Assembly: GCA_951406725.2 (NCBI GenBank)
Contig: OX597825.1
Coordinates: 24,118,001-24,182,000, forward strand
Length of the DNA: 64,000 nucleotides
DNA from: Octopus vulgaris
Lineage: Eukaryota
Direction: 5' to 3'
Made by a program: the position numbers and the translations under genes. Position 1 is the first letter of the stretch. Each line of letters opens with the position of its first letter. Positions 63,000 through 64,000 of this stretch are shown piece after piece. The notes under the pieces are model-generated. The model ran no database searches and was not told where the DNA came from. It worked only from the letters and a program-made list of their open reading frames with translations.

Positions 63000-63745
63000 T
63001 TTGTGTCATTGATACGAAATGCCAAAACAAGGAAAGGAAAAGTTAGAAAAACTGTAATATGGAAAGTTTAGACTTAATAACAGAAATAGTATTATTGATA
63101 CATTATATGATAAATTGGAAGTTCAGAGAAATGAAGAACATGGGTTGGAAAACAAACAGAAAAATCTACTACTGAAATCTGGTATGTCTCTTATGTGTAT
63201 GCAAAGGAAGCAGGGTTGGAGGAGTCTGAGACAAATAGAGAACTTATTACAAAGAACTTGTAACAAAGTAGCTAGAGTTGTTCTTGAAAAACACCTAAAA
63301 GAAAGTAAGTGTAGACTGATTAATACCTAATAGAAGAATTAGAAAAGAAAAACCACCAAAGACTTTTCTCTGCTTTCAAGTATTTCCTTGTATATAATCT
63401 ATGAGTTAATTGTACCAAGGGAAAAGAAAAGCTTTGATAGAAATAAAATTACAGAAAAATAAAGAGAATGAAAAAGGAATAAAATTCGAAACGAAAACGA
63501 AACGAATCTCAAAAGAATGTTAATGATGAATGGAGAGAAAAACTTCTCTGGCAGTTCTCTGGAAGACTGACACAGTCGAGAACTGTGTCAGTATGAAAAG
63601 CCAGCAGTGACACAAAAGCAGAAATGGAAGGTTTGATTTTAGTGGCATAAAATCAATATCTAACGACAAAGAACTACGAAAATTAAAATAATAAAACAAA
63701 ATGTCTAACGTGAACTGCAGACAATGTAATCAACGTATTTATAAA
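63000..63745 (+). pseudogene. Relic of an R4/Dong-like (restriction-like endonuclease) non-LTR retrotransposon ORF
   Basis: RKQGWRSLRQIE (63205-63240, cf. RK.GGRGL..IE), WREKLL.QF, EGLILVA*NQYLTTKNY (cf. ETEG.I.AAQDQ.L.T.NY), CRQC zinc-knuckle start at about 63716. Confidence 0.72.
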
Positions 63746-64000
63746 ACACAATTTCCGAGAACTAGATACAGAACGCTCAACCGAAATCCAGTATGTATAA
63801 AGTTCTACAAATTATATTTAAGTGTATCTTTCAAAATGTCTTCACTTTGGTGCGCTGAGATCGGAAACTACTCTGCAGTTAATAAACTACAGCAGTCAAT
63901 TTACCGGTTAGAGAACATTTTTTTAATTTAAAATTAAATAAGGGAAGAAAATGATATTAATCAATTAAAACCAGTGGCTTAGCATATTTTTAAAAATCCG

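Overview
AT-rich, microsatellite-saturated animal genomic DNA with no supportable host exon; it reads as intergenic or intronic. The SINE families look like those of octopus/coleoid cephalopods (my recognition, not database-verified). Content: dozens of tRNA-derived SINE copies from at least 4 families, five Tc1/mariner transposase-derived elements (one a near-intact DD37D/maT copy with a single frameshift), several MITEs, non-autonomous Helitrons, a MULE pseudogene, RTE and R4/Dong-like LINE relics, and long simple repeats. Nearly all long ORFs in the six-frame track are microsatellite artefacts. The most interesting layer is RNA structure. At least three unrelated families of short non-coding elements abutting (TA)n tracts carry type I hammerhead-ribozyme folds: 325-386 and 819-882 (tandem, 495 nt apart), 29511-29599, and 31905-31939/32143-32178/60836-60873. 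The last family has a variant core (CYGWYGA plus an extra A) and a covarying stem I. Two elements show the direct and/or inverted-repeat layout of Penelope pseudo-LTRs/retrozymes. Two further degenerate hammerheads and one degenerate HDV-like fold are also seen. All folds were paired by eye; no activity is demonstrated.
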